The notes: generated from the sequence alone by a model not told the origin. Shown: positions 1 through 18,516, numbered from the stretch's first letter. The stretch is 64,000 nucleotides of DNA from Macrostomum lignano (GCA_002269645.1 NIVC01000888.1:62001-126000); one strand, 5' to 3'. Numbers and translations: made by a program.

Positions 1-478
1 TACTCCCCCATTCACCCACTCTACTCCCCCATTCACCCACTCTGCTCCCCATTCACCCACTCTACTCCCCCATTCACCCACTCTACTCCCCATTCACCCA
101 CTCTCTCCCCATTTACCCATTCTACTCCCCATTCACCCACTCTACTCCCCATTCACCCACTCTACTCCCCATTCACCCACTCTCTCCCCATTTACCCACT
201 CTACTCCCCATTCACCCACTCTACTCCCAATTCACCCACTCTACTCCCCATTCACCCACTCTACTCCCCCATTCACTCACTCTGCTCCCCCATTCACTCA
301 CTCTACTCCCCCATTCACCCACTCTACTCCCCCATTCACCCACTCTGCTCCCCCATTCACCCACTCTGCTCCCCCATTCACCCACTCTACTCCCCCATTC
401 ACCCACTCTACTCCCCATTCACCCACTCTACTCCCCATTCACCCACTCTACTCCCCCATTCACCCACTCTACTCCCTC
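1..478. repeat. 20-21 bp minisatellite (CTCTACTCCCC[C]ATTCACCCA) in an XDH intron
   Basis: Direct tandem repeats. Confidence 0.95.
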
Positions 479-496
479 AATCAATCCGTTCCTCAC

Positions 497-6560
<6,064 letters not shown>

Positions 6561-6749
6561 TTTCTTTTGCTTGTGCTGCTTCACAGAAAAATAATTAGTC
6601 CACTTCTGTTCGTAGGCAATATGCTGCTCTCAGTGCTCCTGGCGAAAGCAACTTAAAAGCGCTTTCGTTTCTTTTCTGACCATAATTTTATAAGCACACC
6701 TCTATTCTCTCTATTTACGAGTACTCCAGCTAACTTCGCACAGCCCGGC

Positions 6750-6830
6750 CATTGCTCATTGGTTGGCCGGCGGCTGCACGCACCCGCATTTCAGCTCAGA
6801 GCACGTGATCGCAGAATGGTCACGTGACTG
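6750..6830. promoter_or_regulatory. Candidate XDH promoter: CCAAT-like sites and two CACGTG E-boxes (one GTCACGTGAC)
   Basis: GC-rich patch about 250 bp upstream of the ATG; CACGTG at 6802 and 6821. Confidence 0.4.
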
Positions 6831-7397
6831 GCCTAGAAGATAAGAGAATTCAGCGAGGCCAGCTGTGCGCACACAGGGGCTTTAGAAGTTCTTAACTGGT
6901 TGTAAAAACTTGGGGCATAAAATTAGTTCCCAGTCTTGGTGAGTCTTCACTGTGGCAGTTTTATCTACTTTTGCTTCAATCGAAGCCTTAGCCATTGCGC
7001 TCGCTAACTCAGCAATGGCATTTGAGTATGAATTAATTTGGGACCCCCCCTCGAGACTAAAGATTAACCTTACACTTTAGGATACGTGAAGGCCAAACCA
7101 GGGACAATGAGGATTGCTAAATGAGCACCTTCGAACTTTATAATAGTCTGCAATTCAAGTATAGCTAGCTATATGTACAGCAAAGACTCGTTCTCTAACC
7201 CAGCCAGCTTAACCCCCACTATCTATCTAGTTTCAGTTAAATGTAGGCCAAATAATAGTACGCATGTTCATTTGAATTAATTTTCGCCAGCCGAGTAAAG
7301 TTTAGCATACTAATTATTCATTTAAAGGGTAATACATGTACTTTTACGTCGATGTGAAGCCATTTTAGGATACGATCTATTTTAGCTAGTAAGCATA

Positions 7398-7662
7398 AGT
7401 ACAGAAGGCACTTCAGCCCATAGATATCAGTACAGAAGGCACTTCAGCCCATAGATATCAGTACAGAAGGCACTTCAGCCCATAGATATCAGTACAGAAG
7501 GCACTTCAGCCCATAGACATCACCAGTACAGAAGGCACTTCAGCCCATAGATATCAGTACAGAAGGCACTTCAGCCCATAAACATCAGTACAGAAGGCAC
7601 TTCAGCCCATAGACATCAGTACAGAAGGCACTTCAGCCCATAGACATCAGTACAGAAGGCAC
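7398..7662. repeat. 31 bp minisatellite
   Basis: AGTACAGAAGGCACTTCAGCCCATAGATATC, about 8 copies. Confidence 0.95.
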
Positions 7663-8287
7663 TGATAGACAGACTTTATGAAGTAGGAGATACGAGTAGC
7701 AAAATGACGGACACTGCAAGGCCAAGCGATTTAGTAAATAGATTTCAGCAGAGTTTAGTAATATAGATTTTACTGAGTATGAAAGATTCATTATATCTGC
7801 AGTATATTTCACTAGTTTACATAAGAAAGATAAAGACAGAGACTTGAATTGCGAAGGCGGGTGTCTATCTGAAGGCGGGTGCTTCAGTGGCCTTCAGATA
7901 AACAGTCCAGTCACGAGATTAAACTCAAAATTGAGAATAGGTTAGATTAGCAATGAAAAGCTAGTTTAATTAGTCAGCCGGAATAAACAGGCGACAGAGC
8001 AGAAAAACTCGGCATGCACTGCAAGCAGTACATGGAAGATAATGTCACAATAAATTGCTTGCTAAAATTGATTTCTTTTCTTCTAAATCAAGATCTAATG
8101 AATAAAAAACAGTGAAGCAAAAGAGCGATTAATTTAATTATAATTCATGACTTTGGTCACGCTGAGACGCCGCATAATACAGTTTTTTTTGTGAATGTTG
8201 TATAAAATGAAATTATTATTGTAAAATGATTTTTTTAAACAGCTCATCATTTACAGGACTTTTTATGCGCTCACAAATCAATCAGAA

Positions 8288-9065
8288 GTGAGATGTCACT
8301 CTCAGGAGTGGGATGTCACTCTCACGATTGGGATGTCACTCTCAGGAGTGAGATGTCACTCTCACGATTGGGATGTCACTCTCTGTAGTAGGATGTCACT
8401 CTCAGGAGTTGGATGTCACTCTCAGGAGTTGGATGTCACTCTCAGGAGTTGGATGTCACTCTCACGATTGGGATGTCACTCTCAGGAGTTGGATGTCACT
8501 CTCAGGAGTTGAATGTCACTCTTACGATTGGGATGTCCCTTTCAGGAGTTAGATGTGTGCTCTCAGGAGTTGGATGTCACTCTCTGTAGTAGGATGTCAC
8601 TCTCAGGAGTTGAATGTCACTCTTACGATTGGGATGTCCCTTTCAGGAGTTAGATGTGTGCTCTCAAGAGTTGGATGTCACTCTCACGATTGGGATGTCA
8701 CTCTCTGTAGTAGGATGTCACTCTCAGGAGTTGGATGTCACTCTCAGGAGTTGGATGTCACTCTCAGGAGTGGGATGTCACTCTCAGGAGTTGGATGTCA
8801 CTCTCAGGAGTTGGATGTCACTCTCAGGAGTTGGATGTCACTCTCAGGAGTTGGATGTCACTCTCAGGAGTTGGATGTCACTCTCACGATTGGGATGTCA
8901 CTCTCAGGAGTTGGATGTCACTCTCAGGAGTTGAATGTCACTCTTACGATTGGGATGTCCCTTTCAGGAGTTAGATGTGTGCTCTCTGTAGTGGGATGTC
9001 ACTCTCAGGAGTTGGATGTCACTCACAGGAGTCGGATGTCACTGTCTCAGAATTAAGATGTCACC
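8288..9065. repeat. 20 bp minisatellite (GGATGTCACTCTCAGGAGTT)
   Basis: Direct repeats with higher-order variants. Confidence 0.95.
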
Positions 9066-9332
9066 CACTCAGTATAAAGACTGATAAGTGTAAAATCTTG
9101 AATATAATCGCAAATTTCAATATCATAATATCTCAGAATCGCATTATAACAAGCAAAACAGTTTAGATCAGAACTTCTGCTAGCTAGTTTAATTAGATAA
9201 TTCTTATTAAAGCATGTTTGGAATGCAAGTTAATTCAGAATAACAAACAGAAGCAATTGCTAGCTACTTTGGTACACAGCAAACAAAACAAGCGACGCGA
9301 CGGCCTTCAAAAGTATAAATAAAATAATAGGC

Positions 9333-11263
9333 TCAACCCGGCAGCAGGTGATCGTCATCTTGATCGGCGTACAGGTGATGCGTTGTGACGCCGCCCGGCT
9401 GTCCGTCCTCGCTGGCAGCGTCGGCGTAGCGAGCTCTGGGCGGCCTGGGCTCGCTGCGACAGACCAGATCGCAGCAGCTGGCGGCCGCGTTGCCAAACCG
9501 TTGCCAGGCGGTGTAATTCGGTATCTGGGCGGCGCCGCGTTTGCCAAAATAGAATCGCTGGATGAGCATGCCGACGCCAAGGTAGGCGATGAAGCCGGCT
9601 AGGATGGCTACGATGACGACGGCCAGGGGAGCCAGGCTGCCGCCGGCGGCTGGGTCCGGGATCAGGCCGCACAGGCTGTAGTGCTGCATGCTGAACAGGT
9701 GGTGACACTGGCTCGGCTCGTTGCGAATCTCGCCAACAAAGTCCAGCTCGGGCGCGTAGATACCCGGATTGCACTCCATCACGATTCGGACGCTGCGCGA
9801 GCCGTTGCACTGCGGATTGCTGCCGCTGTTGTCGGACGCCGAGTACGGATCTCCGCCGGTGTACACCAGTAGCATCCAGCCGGTGCCTAGGTACATCTGA
9901 CCGGAGCTGACCAGCCCCAGCTTCACTACGGTGCCGCCGCTGCCGTGGCTGGGAACCAGCAGAGCGGCCGAGTCGGCGAACAGCTCAAAATCGGAGGCTG
10001 GGCCGCAGATGCGAACAATGATTTTGTTGCTGGAGGGGCTGAGCGTCAGGGTGAACCTGGAAGAGGCCAAGGGGAGATTTCGAAGCTGGGGAATCGCCAG
10101 GTTGATAGGATCTTGAAGCTGGGGAGTCGGTAAGGTTGATGGGGATCTTGAAGCTGAGGAATCGCCAGGTTGATGGGGATCTTGAAGCTGAGGAATCGCC
10201 AGGTTGATGGGGATCTTGAAGCTGAGGAATCGCCAGGTTGATGGGGATCTTGAAGCTGAGGAATCGCCAGGTTGATGGGGATCTTGAAGCTGAGGAGTCG
10301 GTAAGGTTGATGGGGATCTTGAAGCTGAGGAATCGCCAGGTTGATGGGGATCTTGAAGCTGAGGAATCGCCAGGTTGATGGGGATCTTGAAGCTGAGGAA
10401 TCGCCAGGTTGATGGGGATCTTGAAGCTGAGGAATCGCCAGGTTGATGGGGATCTTGAAGCTGAGGAGTCGGTAAGGTTGATGGGGATCTTGAAGCTGAG
10501 GAATCGCCAGGTTGATGGGGATCTTGAAGCTGAGGAATCGCCAGGTTGATGGGGATCTTGAAGCTGAGGAATCGCCAGGTTGATGGGGATCTTGAAGCTG
10601 AGGAATCGCCGGGTTGATGGGGATCTTGAAGCTGAGGAGTCGGTAAGGTTGATGGGGATCTTGAAGCTGAGGAATCGCCAGGTTGATGGGGATCTTGAAG
10701 CTGAGGAGTCGGTAAGGTTGATGGGGATCTTGAAGCTGAGGAATCGCCAGGTTGATGGGGATCTTGAAGCTGAGGAATCGCCAGGTTGATGGGGATCTTG
10801 AAGCTGAGGAATCGCCAGGTTGATGGGGATCTTGAAGCTGAGGAATCGCCGGGTTGATGGGGATCTTGAAGCGGAGGAGTCGGTAAGGTTGATGGGGATC
10901 TTGAAGCTGGGGAATTGCCGGGTTGATGGGGATCTTGAAGCGGAGGAGTCGGTAAGGTTGATGGGGACCTTGAAGCTGAGGAATCGCCAGGTTGATGGGA
11001 TCTTGAAGCTGAGTAGTGAGTAAGGAGGGTTAATGGAGATCTTAAAGCTGAGGAATCACCGGGTTGATAAGGATCTTGAAGCTGGGTAAGGGGGGGGGGC
11101 TGAACACTCACGATTGTCCAAAAAGTGGCTGCAGAACCCCTTTATGCGTAGTATTTAATTCGCTGCAGGTCAGGGCGCCAGCCGGCCTGACAGACAAGGC
11201 AGTCAGTAGGCAAACTAACGCAGCCGCTGCTACCGTAGCAAATGGCACTGTACCGCCGAGCAT
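9333..11263 (-). CDS. M6PR: Cation-dependent mannose-6-phosphate receptor homolog
   Basis: Exon 11263-11112 encodes a signal peptide (MLGGTVPFATVAAAALVCLL...LQPLFGQS); exon 10056-9333 encodes the MRH domain (WMLLVYTGGDPY...C...VMEC), TM segment, QIPNYTAW...CCDLVCRS tail and C-terminal DDHLL acidic dileucine motif. Confidence 0.92.
10085..11090. repeat. 34 bp minisatellite filling the M6PR intron
   Basis: GGGATCTTGAAGCTGAGGAATCGCCAGGTTGATG repeats. Confidence 0.95.
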
Positions 11264-11742
11264 TGGAATGGCGTGCAATTTGGCATGAAAAGCAAATGAA
11301 TAATTTAATTAAAGCCTTTTAATAAATTACGCATATGTTAAAAGTTACTGCTTTATCTGACTACTGACGAGTAGAAATAAAGGATTTTTGCGTTTTCAAA
11401 ATAAAACTAATCAACACGAGGAATATGCCAATAAGGAATTTCTATCAATACCGTATGGATGGACGGATTGCTAATCTATTCCCATGCAATGAAAGGTTTG
11501 CTCTAAAATATAAACAAAAAAAGCGAAAGCCAAAAGCGGCATTTACTGCTCATTGAGAGATTTTCTTGTTGAAACAGTCTTATTATTAACTTTTAATCCG
11601 TCGCTCAAATGGATGATTTGGCTGCCTTGGCTATGCCATTACCTATTATTATATTAAAAATAATGCATTACCAAGGCAACAGACTAAACTGTAAATGCTT
11701 GTACTTCTAAAAGCAAGAAATTGCAACAGCAGCAATGGGCCT

Positions 11743-14700
11743 TCAAAAGTGCTGCTGCTGCTGTTGCTTCCTGCGATACTTGGCTAATCGGCTCGGGCCG
11801 CCGGAGCCGCGACCGCGCCCGCCGCCGCGCCGCTTGCCGCCGCCAATCAGATTGAGAGGATCGCGAATGGGGAACCGGTCCATGGCCCGGCTGGCCAGTT
11901 CAACCGCGGCCCGATCGTAATCGAAGCTGCCGGACTCAGGCTGGTCAGCTTCCGCTGACTCCGCTTCATCATCATCAGCCCGAGTTGAAGTAGTCGCCGC
12001 TTTTGGCGGACGCGGGCGCCGATGCTTCCGTTGTGTCGGCTGGAGAAACGGCGCTTTCTCCTCCTCAGCAGCAGCCGCAGACGCGGCCGCGGTCGTCGCC
12101 TCCTGATTGCTCGCGTCCAAATCTTCCTCGGTTTCGTCTGGCGGCGTTGCCTTGACAACGAAATAAGCCTCCGGCCGAGCTGGCACAGAGTAGAACGGGC
12201 TGACCAAGCGGCCAAGGGTGGCTCGCAACAGTTCGTCAGCAGCCTCGCCGCCAGTCGCCGTCAACAGGCCGAAGCATCTGGCAGCCGGCGTCGTCTTCCA
12301 GCTACTCGGCGACGTCGTGGGCGACGGCGACGGCGGCGGCGAAGCGCAGGCGAAATCGTCGTCGCCGAAATGGGACAGGTCGTGCGGACAGCGGTGCTGC
12401 GGCAACTGCCTGACTGTAGGCTCCGCTGCGGCGTAGCTTAACGACGCATTGGCGACCGAGGCCGGGTCGGTGACGCCACTGCCGACGTTGCCGCCGCCGC
12501 CGCCGCTGCCGCCGCCGACCGACTTCCGGCCAGCTGCTTCGGCGGGTCGCAGTTCCCGGGCTTCGAGCACGATGCGGTGCAGGTCGTGCACGTATTTGCG
12601 AACTAAAGGCGGCACCGGATTGCAGCAGGCCAGCACGCCAGTAAACTCCCTGCGTTGGTGGAAAGTGGATTCCCCTTTATTCAGGCCTTGGCAACCTGAG
12701 AGCCATTCCCCATTGAGTCCTTAGCCACCTGAGAGCGATTCCCCATTGAGTCCTTAGCCACCTGAGAGCGATTCCCCATTGAGTCCTTAGCCACCTGAGA
12801 GCCATTTCCCATTGAGTCCTTAGCCACCTGAGAGCGATTCCCCATTGAGTCCTTAGCCACCTGAGAGCGATTCCCCATTGAGTCCTTAGCCACCTGAGAG
12901 CCATTTCCCATTGAGTCCTTAGCCACCTGAGAGCGATTCCCCATTGAGTCCTTAGCCACCTGAGAGCGATTCCCCATTGAGTCCTTAGCCACCTGAGAGC
13001 CATTTCCCATTGAGCCCTTAGCCACCTGAGAGCCATTCCCCATTGAGTCCTTAGCCACCTGAGAGCCATTCCCCATTGAGTCCTTAGCCACTTGAGCCAT
13101 CCTCCATTGAGCCATTCCCAATATTGACCTAAAAAAACATTGCTGACGGCAATTCTGCCCGTTCCACTGACTCCTGAGCACACACAGGCGCGCCAATACT
13201 GTACGCAGGCACGCACTCACAGACACGCTCACACAGGGTGTACAGCGGCCCCGATTTACTAATGGTCAGGCGTGTACACTATCTGTGCCTTGGAAGTTGG
13301 CCCTCATTGGCTGTGAATCGCACGAAAACCCGCCGCGCCCAAACTGAACCACCCCCCCCTCACCTGGGCAGCAGGTCGCACACGGCCAGCAGCATGTGAT
13401 CAGGCAGCACGTAGGCGACGCTCTCGTCCTCCACCCTGGCGGTGGCATCCCGCCAAGCGTACAGCCGTTCCAACGCGTGTATCTGGCCGGAGTTGAATGC
13501 TTTGCGAGATTTAGCTAACAGCTGGCGATAGTCGTCCGCGCCCAAGCTGGGCTTCTTGTACAGCTCGCGGCACAGTCGGCGCGACGCGTCGAACACGCGC
13601 AGCACCAAGTCCGGCTGGCCGTCGGCGCGGCGCCACAGCTCGGCGCGCATCCTGTCGGCGATGTACAACAGGTAGCGGGTGTCGCACCTGGCGTAGCGCA
13701 GCATCTCGGCTGGCAGAGGCCGGACCCGCCAGTCGGCCAGCTGGTACTGCTTGTCCAATGCAAAACCGCAATAGGTTTGCACCAGGTGGGCCAGAGAGTG
13801 GCGCGGCATCGACAAGGTGTGCGATGCCAGATAGGTGTCGAACAGGTTCACCATGTAGATTCCAAAGTCGCGCTGTAGCCAGGCCAGATCGCCGGAGGAG
13901 CCGTGCAGCACTTTGAGAATTTTGGGATTAGTGAAGATTCTATTCAACTGCCAGACGTGATCCCACAGGCGCAGGGTGTCCACTATGAAGTCCCGAGTTC
14001 GAGTCGAGATCTGAAAAGGTTAATGAATCAGCTGAGATATGAAATTATCATTTATTCGAACTTTATTACATGTCACTAAATGCCACTTAAAGTGAAATAT
14101 ATTAAAATTCTTGCCATCTGCTGTTTGGGATCTCTGATTTCAAGTGCAGTCGCATTAATTTGGGGCTAAATTGGAATATCGGCTTGGCTCTGCACGTGTA
14201 ATTAACACGACACCCCAACACCCCAAGGCACAGTAAAGTGTACATGCCTAACGATAAAGGGGGTGTCAACTTAAGCGCTAGAATGGAGTCCAAAGCAAGG
14301 CTCCAGACCAAACCGACTGGAATCGATAACTGGTCGATAAAGGTGACTAGAATCGCCGAGACATCCCATCCGGGTCCCTTCCTTGGGGTCCAAGGGATTA
14401 ATGGGATAAAATGGGGATCTCATGTCAACTTAAGGCTCTAGAATGGAGCCTTCTATTCTAGCGCTAAGTTGACACCCCCTTTAGGGCCGCTGTACACTCC
14501 CGTGTGAGTGTGCGCCTGTGCGTATGACTGCTGAGGGGAGTCGGCGGAATTGGCAGTAATGCCACTAATAACCGTGCGACAATGCCTCTAATAACAGCAG
14601 GATGGAACACTTGGAAAGTTGTCTATGGTAAAATCCTACTTGACGGAATGCAAAAAGTAGAACTCACCTGAATCAGACAGGTAATTCCGAGGTAAGACCG

Positions 14701-15322
14701 GTAACTATGCGCCTCCAGGTCAACCGCTAGCTCCCGTTCGCCGTCCAGCAGTGCGAGCAGTTCGGCTAGATCGTCCGTAGTCTGCACCAGCGTTAGCTCC
14801 GTTTCGTCCAGGCGTTGCGGCGGAGGCGGCGCTAGCGGCTGCTGCGGCGAAGGCGGGGAGCCAAGGAACCGCTCCTCCGGGGTGAACGCGTCCAGTTCCG
14901 GTCCGTACGGATGCTGGCCCGGCTGCATCGCCAGCTGCTCAGCGGCGGCGCCTGCCTGCAGCGCATTGTGCTTGACTCGCAGCCGGCTACGGAACGGCGC
15001 CGCGGAATTGTCCGGCTTCAGTTGGAACTGGTCCTGCGGTCGGGCCACAATGCGCGCAGCGAGAAAGCGGACGGCGGCGGCGGATGCCGGGGTTGAGGTC
15101 TGAGTCGGCTGATTGGACTGCTGCGGCTTCTGCTGCTGCTTTGACGTAGCCGCTGCCGGCTGCTGACCCCGCTCGTGAGCGTCCAGCGCGGCGCCGACTC
15201 GTTCTAGCAGTTCGTCGTTGACCTCGATTAACGATTCAAACCGTTCATCGAAGTCTCGATTGATTTGGCCGCCTATAACTGAACCGCCGGCACCCTTCCA
15301 AAGTGGAGAGGAGAGTTGTTAC

Positions 15323-15388
<66 letters not shown>

Positions 15389-16138
15389 CAGTAGCAGTAG
15401 TAGTAGTAGTATTGGAATTCATGGTATTTGTAGTACTTGTAGCTATATTACTAGCAGTAGTAGCGAAGGAACTAGTTTATTTCTCGTAGTACTATTTTTC
15501 ACAAAAATTATTTACACCTGCCTCAATTAGACCAGATGTGCAACCGACAGCTCAGCCGCAGCTATTGCACGGCGCATCTGAAGGCTGCGTACGGCTGTTC
15601 AGTCCAAGGAATGGGGGTCGCCACTGACAACACACACTCAATTACCCCAGCTAATGCTGGCACCCATTTTTTCAGCTGGGTGAGCTGAAGCAATGCAGAG
15701 TTAAGTGTCTTGCTCAAGGACACAAATTGTTACGAGTGGGTTGAGAATCGAACCCCCGACCTTTCAGTCGCGAGTTCGACGCCCTAATCACTAAGCTACA
15801 ACCCTCTTTGAGAGTATATATCACAATATACTAATACTATACTAATAGTGCTATTTGCAGTAGTGTGTGTAGCTTTATCTAACTTATTTTACCTGATAGT
15901 TGATCAGCCGCTGCATCATATAGAGCAGCTTAGAGGACTGCGCATCCATCAGGGCCCGGAAAGCGGGAAAGCTGCTATAATAGTCGTAGCTGGTGCCACG
16001 AGCCGGCAGTTCGTTCGATAGCCGCATGCTGGCTATCAGCTTCGGCACGCAGTCCGCGCCAGTCCGATTAGCTGTTGGCTCGCCCATGAAAGTTTGAGCA
16101 TTCCTGTATTCAGGCTTGTAGGATGCCCTCAATATCAT
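11743..16138 (-). CDS. EXOSC10: Exosome component 10 / RRP6 3'-5' exoribonuclease
   Basis: Exons 16138 (or ATG 16087)-15893 (PMC2NT: YDYYSSFPAF), 15294-14668 (AVDLEAHSYRSYLGITCLIQ), 14010-13364 (HGSSGDLAWLQRDFG, YARCDTRY, HRDC), 12649-11743 (GVLACCNPVPPLVR). In-frame GT-AG joins; DEDDy residues present. Confidence 0.95.
12700..13110. repeat. 33 bp minisatellite in EXOSC10 intron 3
   Basis: GAGAGCGATTCCCCATTGAGTCCTTAGCCACCT repeats. Confidence 0.95.
13140..13251. mobile_element. Dispersed MITE-like repeat ending GTGTACAGCGGCCC (Harbinger/PIF-like end)
   Basis: About 110 bp homologous in inverted orientation to 14484-14590; a related copy lies at 58545-58600. Confidence 0.55.
14257..14481. 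mobile_element. 225-bp MITE with about 28-bp terminal inverted repeats and TA flanks (Tc1/mariner-type)
   Basis: TA|AAGGGGGTGTCAACTTAAGCGCTAGAAT ... ATTCTAGCGCTAAGTTGACACCCCCTT|TA. Confidence 0.8.
14484..14590. mobile_element. Second copy of the GGGCCGCTGTACAC-ended MITE-like repeat
   Basis: Inverted homolog of 13140-13251. Confidence 0.55.
15322..15410. repeat. (TAG)n microsatellite in EXOSC10 intron 1
   Basis: Direct observation. Confidence 0.95.
15530..15803 (-). mobile_element. tRNA-derived SINE with CORE-like domain
   Basis: Minus strand: A box TAGCTTAGTGATTAG, B box GGTTCGATTC, then GTGTCCTTGAGCAAGACACTTAACTC...CCCAGCTG...AAATGGG resembling the CORE consensus. The 3' boundary is uncertain. 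Confidence 0.75.
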
Positions 16139-16259
16139 AGACTGATTTTATTGTTATAGGTCAAATCTCGTCTCTTTGTCAGAGACAAAGGGTGAGATAG
16201 AGGGAGTAGATCGTAAAGTCGTAAGAGTGAGAAAAAAATAGTGAGGGGTGAAAGTCAAA

Positions 16260-16740
16260 TGGGTGAGATAGCTAAGAGTGAGTGATTGTGAGGGGTGAGA
16301 GTCAGAAGGATGCGATAGAAGGGAAGTCAGATGGGTGAGATAGCTAAGAGGGAGTGATTGTGAGGGGTGAGAGTCAGATGGATGAGATAGCTAGAGGGAG
16401 TGATTGTGAGGGGTGAGAGTCAGATGGTTGAGATAGCTAAGAGGGAGTGATTGTGAGGGATGAGAGTCAGAAGGATGAGATGGAAGGGAAGTCAGATGGA
16501 TGAGATAGCTAAGAGGGAGTGATTGTGAGGGGTGAGAGTCAGATGGGTGAGATAGCTATAGGGAGTGATTGTGAGGGGTGAGAGTCAGAAGGATGAGATA
16601 TAAGGGGAGTCAGATGGATGAGATAGCTAAGAGGGAGTGATTGTGAGGGGTGAGAGTCAGATGGGTGAGATAGCTATAGGGAGTGATTGTGAGGGGTGAG
16701 AGTCAGAAGGATGAGATATAAGGGGAGTCAGATAGAATGG
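16260..16740. repeat. Purine-rich minisatellite upstream of the EXOSC10 coding start
   Basis: GAGGGAGTGATTGTGAGGGGTGAGAGTCAGATGG repeats. Confidence 0.9.
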
Positions 16741-17241
16741 ATGAGATAAAATCGGACTGTATAAGACCAGGAATTAATGACCCCTAAGAAAGAATTGTAA
16801 AAATATTTAAATAGATCAACAGGGAACACGCCACGAATGCAATTAGCGAGCAAGAAATCGCACCGAAAAGGTGACAGACAGCACAAAATCCAGCTTATAT
16901 TTATAATTATATAATTATTACGGTTCAACTAATTTCCTTCCACTTTTAAATTGAACTGTTGCTACTGCTGCAGTCAGTGCAAATATGGCTAGCTAAACAA
17001 GTTCTATATTTGTCTATAGAGAAGATGATAAGGATAGAATAAGATAATGGCTAATATATGCTGGGTGCTTGGGATTCGATTTCTTCTTGGGTATTTTGCG
17101 TTCAAGAGTCTCGTCGGTTCTTTTCATATGAATGAATTAAATTATTTATTTAACTACTAGGCATTTCTCCCAATGGTCAGTAGTAGGTTATTACTAATAG
17201 TAGGCTACTCCATATTAGAGCATATTCTGTTCTTCATCAAA

Positions 17242-17565
17242 TCAACGATTAGCGCTTGGATTCTGCAGCGTCGGCTCTTTGAACTCGAATTTAGGAAAGG
17301 CCGACATGTCCTGGCCTTTGGCTTCGAATTGGCGTTCAACCCGTTCGAGCATGTCGGTGTACTCCCGCTGCGACTCCGGGCTGGCGTCCACCAGGCCGTC
17401 CTTGGCGCCCGCCTGCTTCTTCGTGTATTCGCGAAGCTTGTCAAGGAAAAGCTTCTGAATCGGGTCAGACGGGCCGGCGGCTGCGGCGGCCAGAGGCCGG
17501 CTTAGAGACACCAGCGGCGTGGTGGCGCCGCGACTGGCGGCAAGGCTAGCGAGAGCGCGAAACAT
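17242..17565 (-). CDS. ATP5PF: Mitochondrial ATP synthase coupling factor 6
   Basis: Targeting-type N-terminus MFRALASLAASR, then DPIQKLFLDKLREY ... FPKFEFKEP; an acceptor-like TTCCAG precedes the ATG at 17565. Confidence 0.93.
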   Translation of the reverse strand: MFRALASLAASRGATTPLVSLSRPLAAAAAGPSDPIQKLFLDKLREYTKKQAGAKDGLVDASPESQREYTDMLERVERQFEAKGQDMSAFPKFEFKEPTLQNPSANR

Positions 17566-17926
17566 CTGGAAGGCAGCATGGCAGGATTCTGACTGCACTG
17601 CTTGCTAGATTTTCAGACTGGTAAAATGCTAAAGAAATCTTTTTGTTTAACCTTGTCTAGTGAAAAAGTGAAAGTTTTCTAGTTTTCAATTACAAATGTA
17701 GGGTTCTACGGATGAAATCTATGAATCTATGGATTCTGGCTGGCCGCTAGGCTATGCTTTTGGATTTAAAAATCCCTTTATTTATAATTACATACATTTT
17801 TATTAAACAGATGAATTGCTGATGCCAATGGCAATAGCACATTGTCCCGTGACATTTCTGATTCCACCCATCGAAGATGGTGAATCTGAATCAGCCGAGG
17901 AGTCAGAATCGAAATAAAGGAGACAG

Positions 17927-18516
17927 CAGCAAGTTGCTGCAATTCTGCCGATCTATCGGAATAACACCGCGAGAGTGCCAAAGTGGGGCCAACGGATCTA
18001 CTTCAGGATTATCTGCTGCAACTGCAAACAGCTCGACAAGGGATTCGGCACAAGGCCGCCGACCAACTATCGTTGTACCAAAGCCAAAGCCTGGCCCAGA
18101 AAAACTTTGAAACTCCTGTTTGTAAATTCTGGAAATCTAACAGGGTCCATGTCGGGTTCCGGGTTTCGAGGTCAGTGTTTCCCCGAAACCAGAAAAAATG
18201 GAAACCCGAACACCACTACTACTAATAAAAATATTTCTGCTGTGGAGACTGTTCCCGATCATTCCATAAGCTTCGAACACTGGTACCCAAATGATTCAAC
18301 CGCCTACACTAGCGTAGTTCATTGTGAGATTTTGGACCAGGTAAGACTGGGCATTGCATTGATAAAGGAACAGAGGAATGGACTTGCAGAAGCTTGATGA
18401 GGAAGAACAGTCTCCCATTTGTCCATTTGTTAATAGAACGTTCTTATTCTTTTTCCTTAGAGCAGAAATGTACGCCCATCAAGGTCTGCTTCAACGCTTG
18501 GTGGGTGGCTAACTAA
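17927..18516 (+). CDS. Possible two-exon Cys/Trp-rich protein fragment, unidentified
   Basis: Open frame 17927-18340 ending CAG|GTAAGA and joining in frame to 18466-18516 (KCTPIKVCFNAWWVAN*). No start codon or family was recognised. Confidence 0.3.

Noticed and set aside
9333-11111. 592-aa M6PR with a mucin-like N-terminus
   Set aside because: The repeat part is a GT-AG intron; splicing to 11112-11263 supplies a proper signal peptide.
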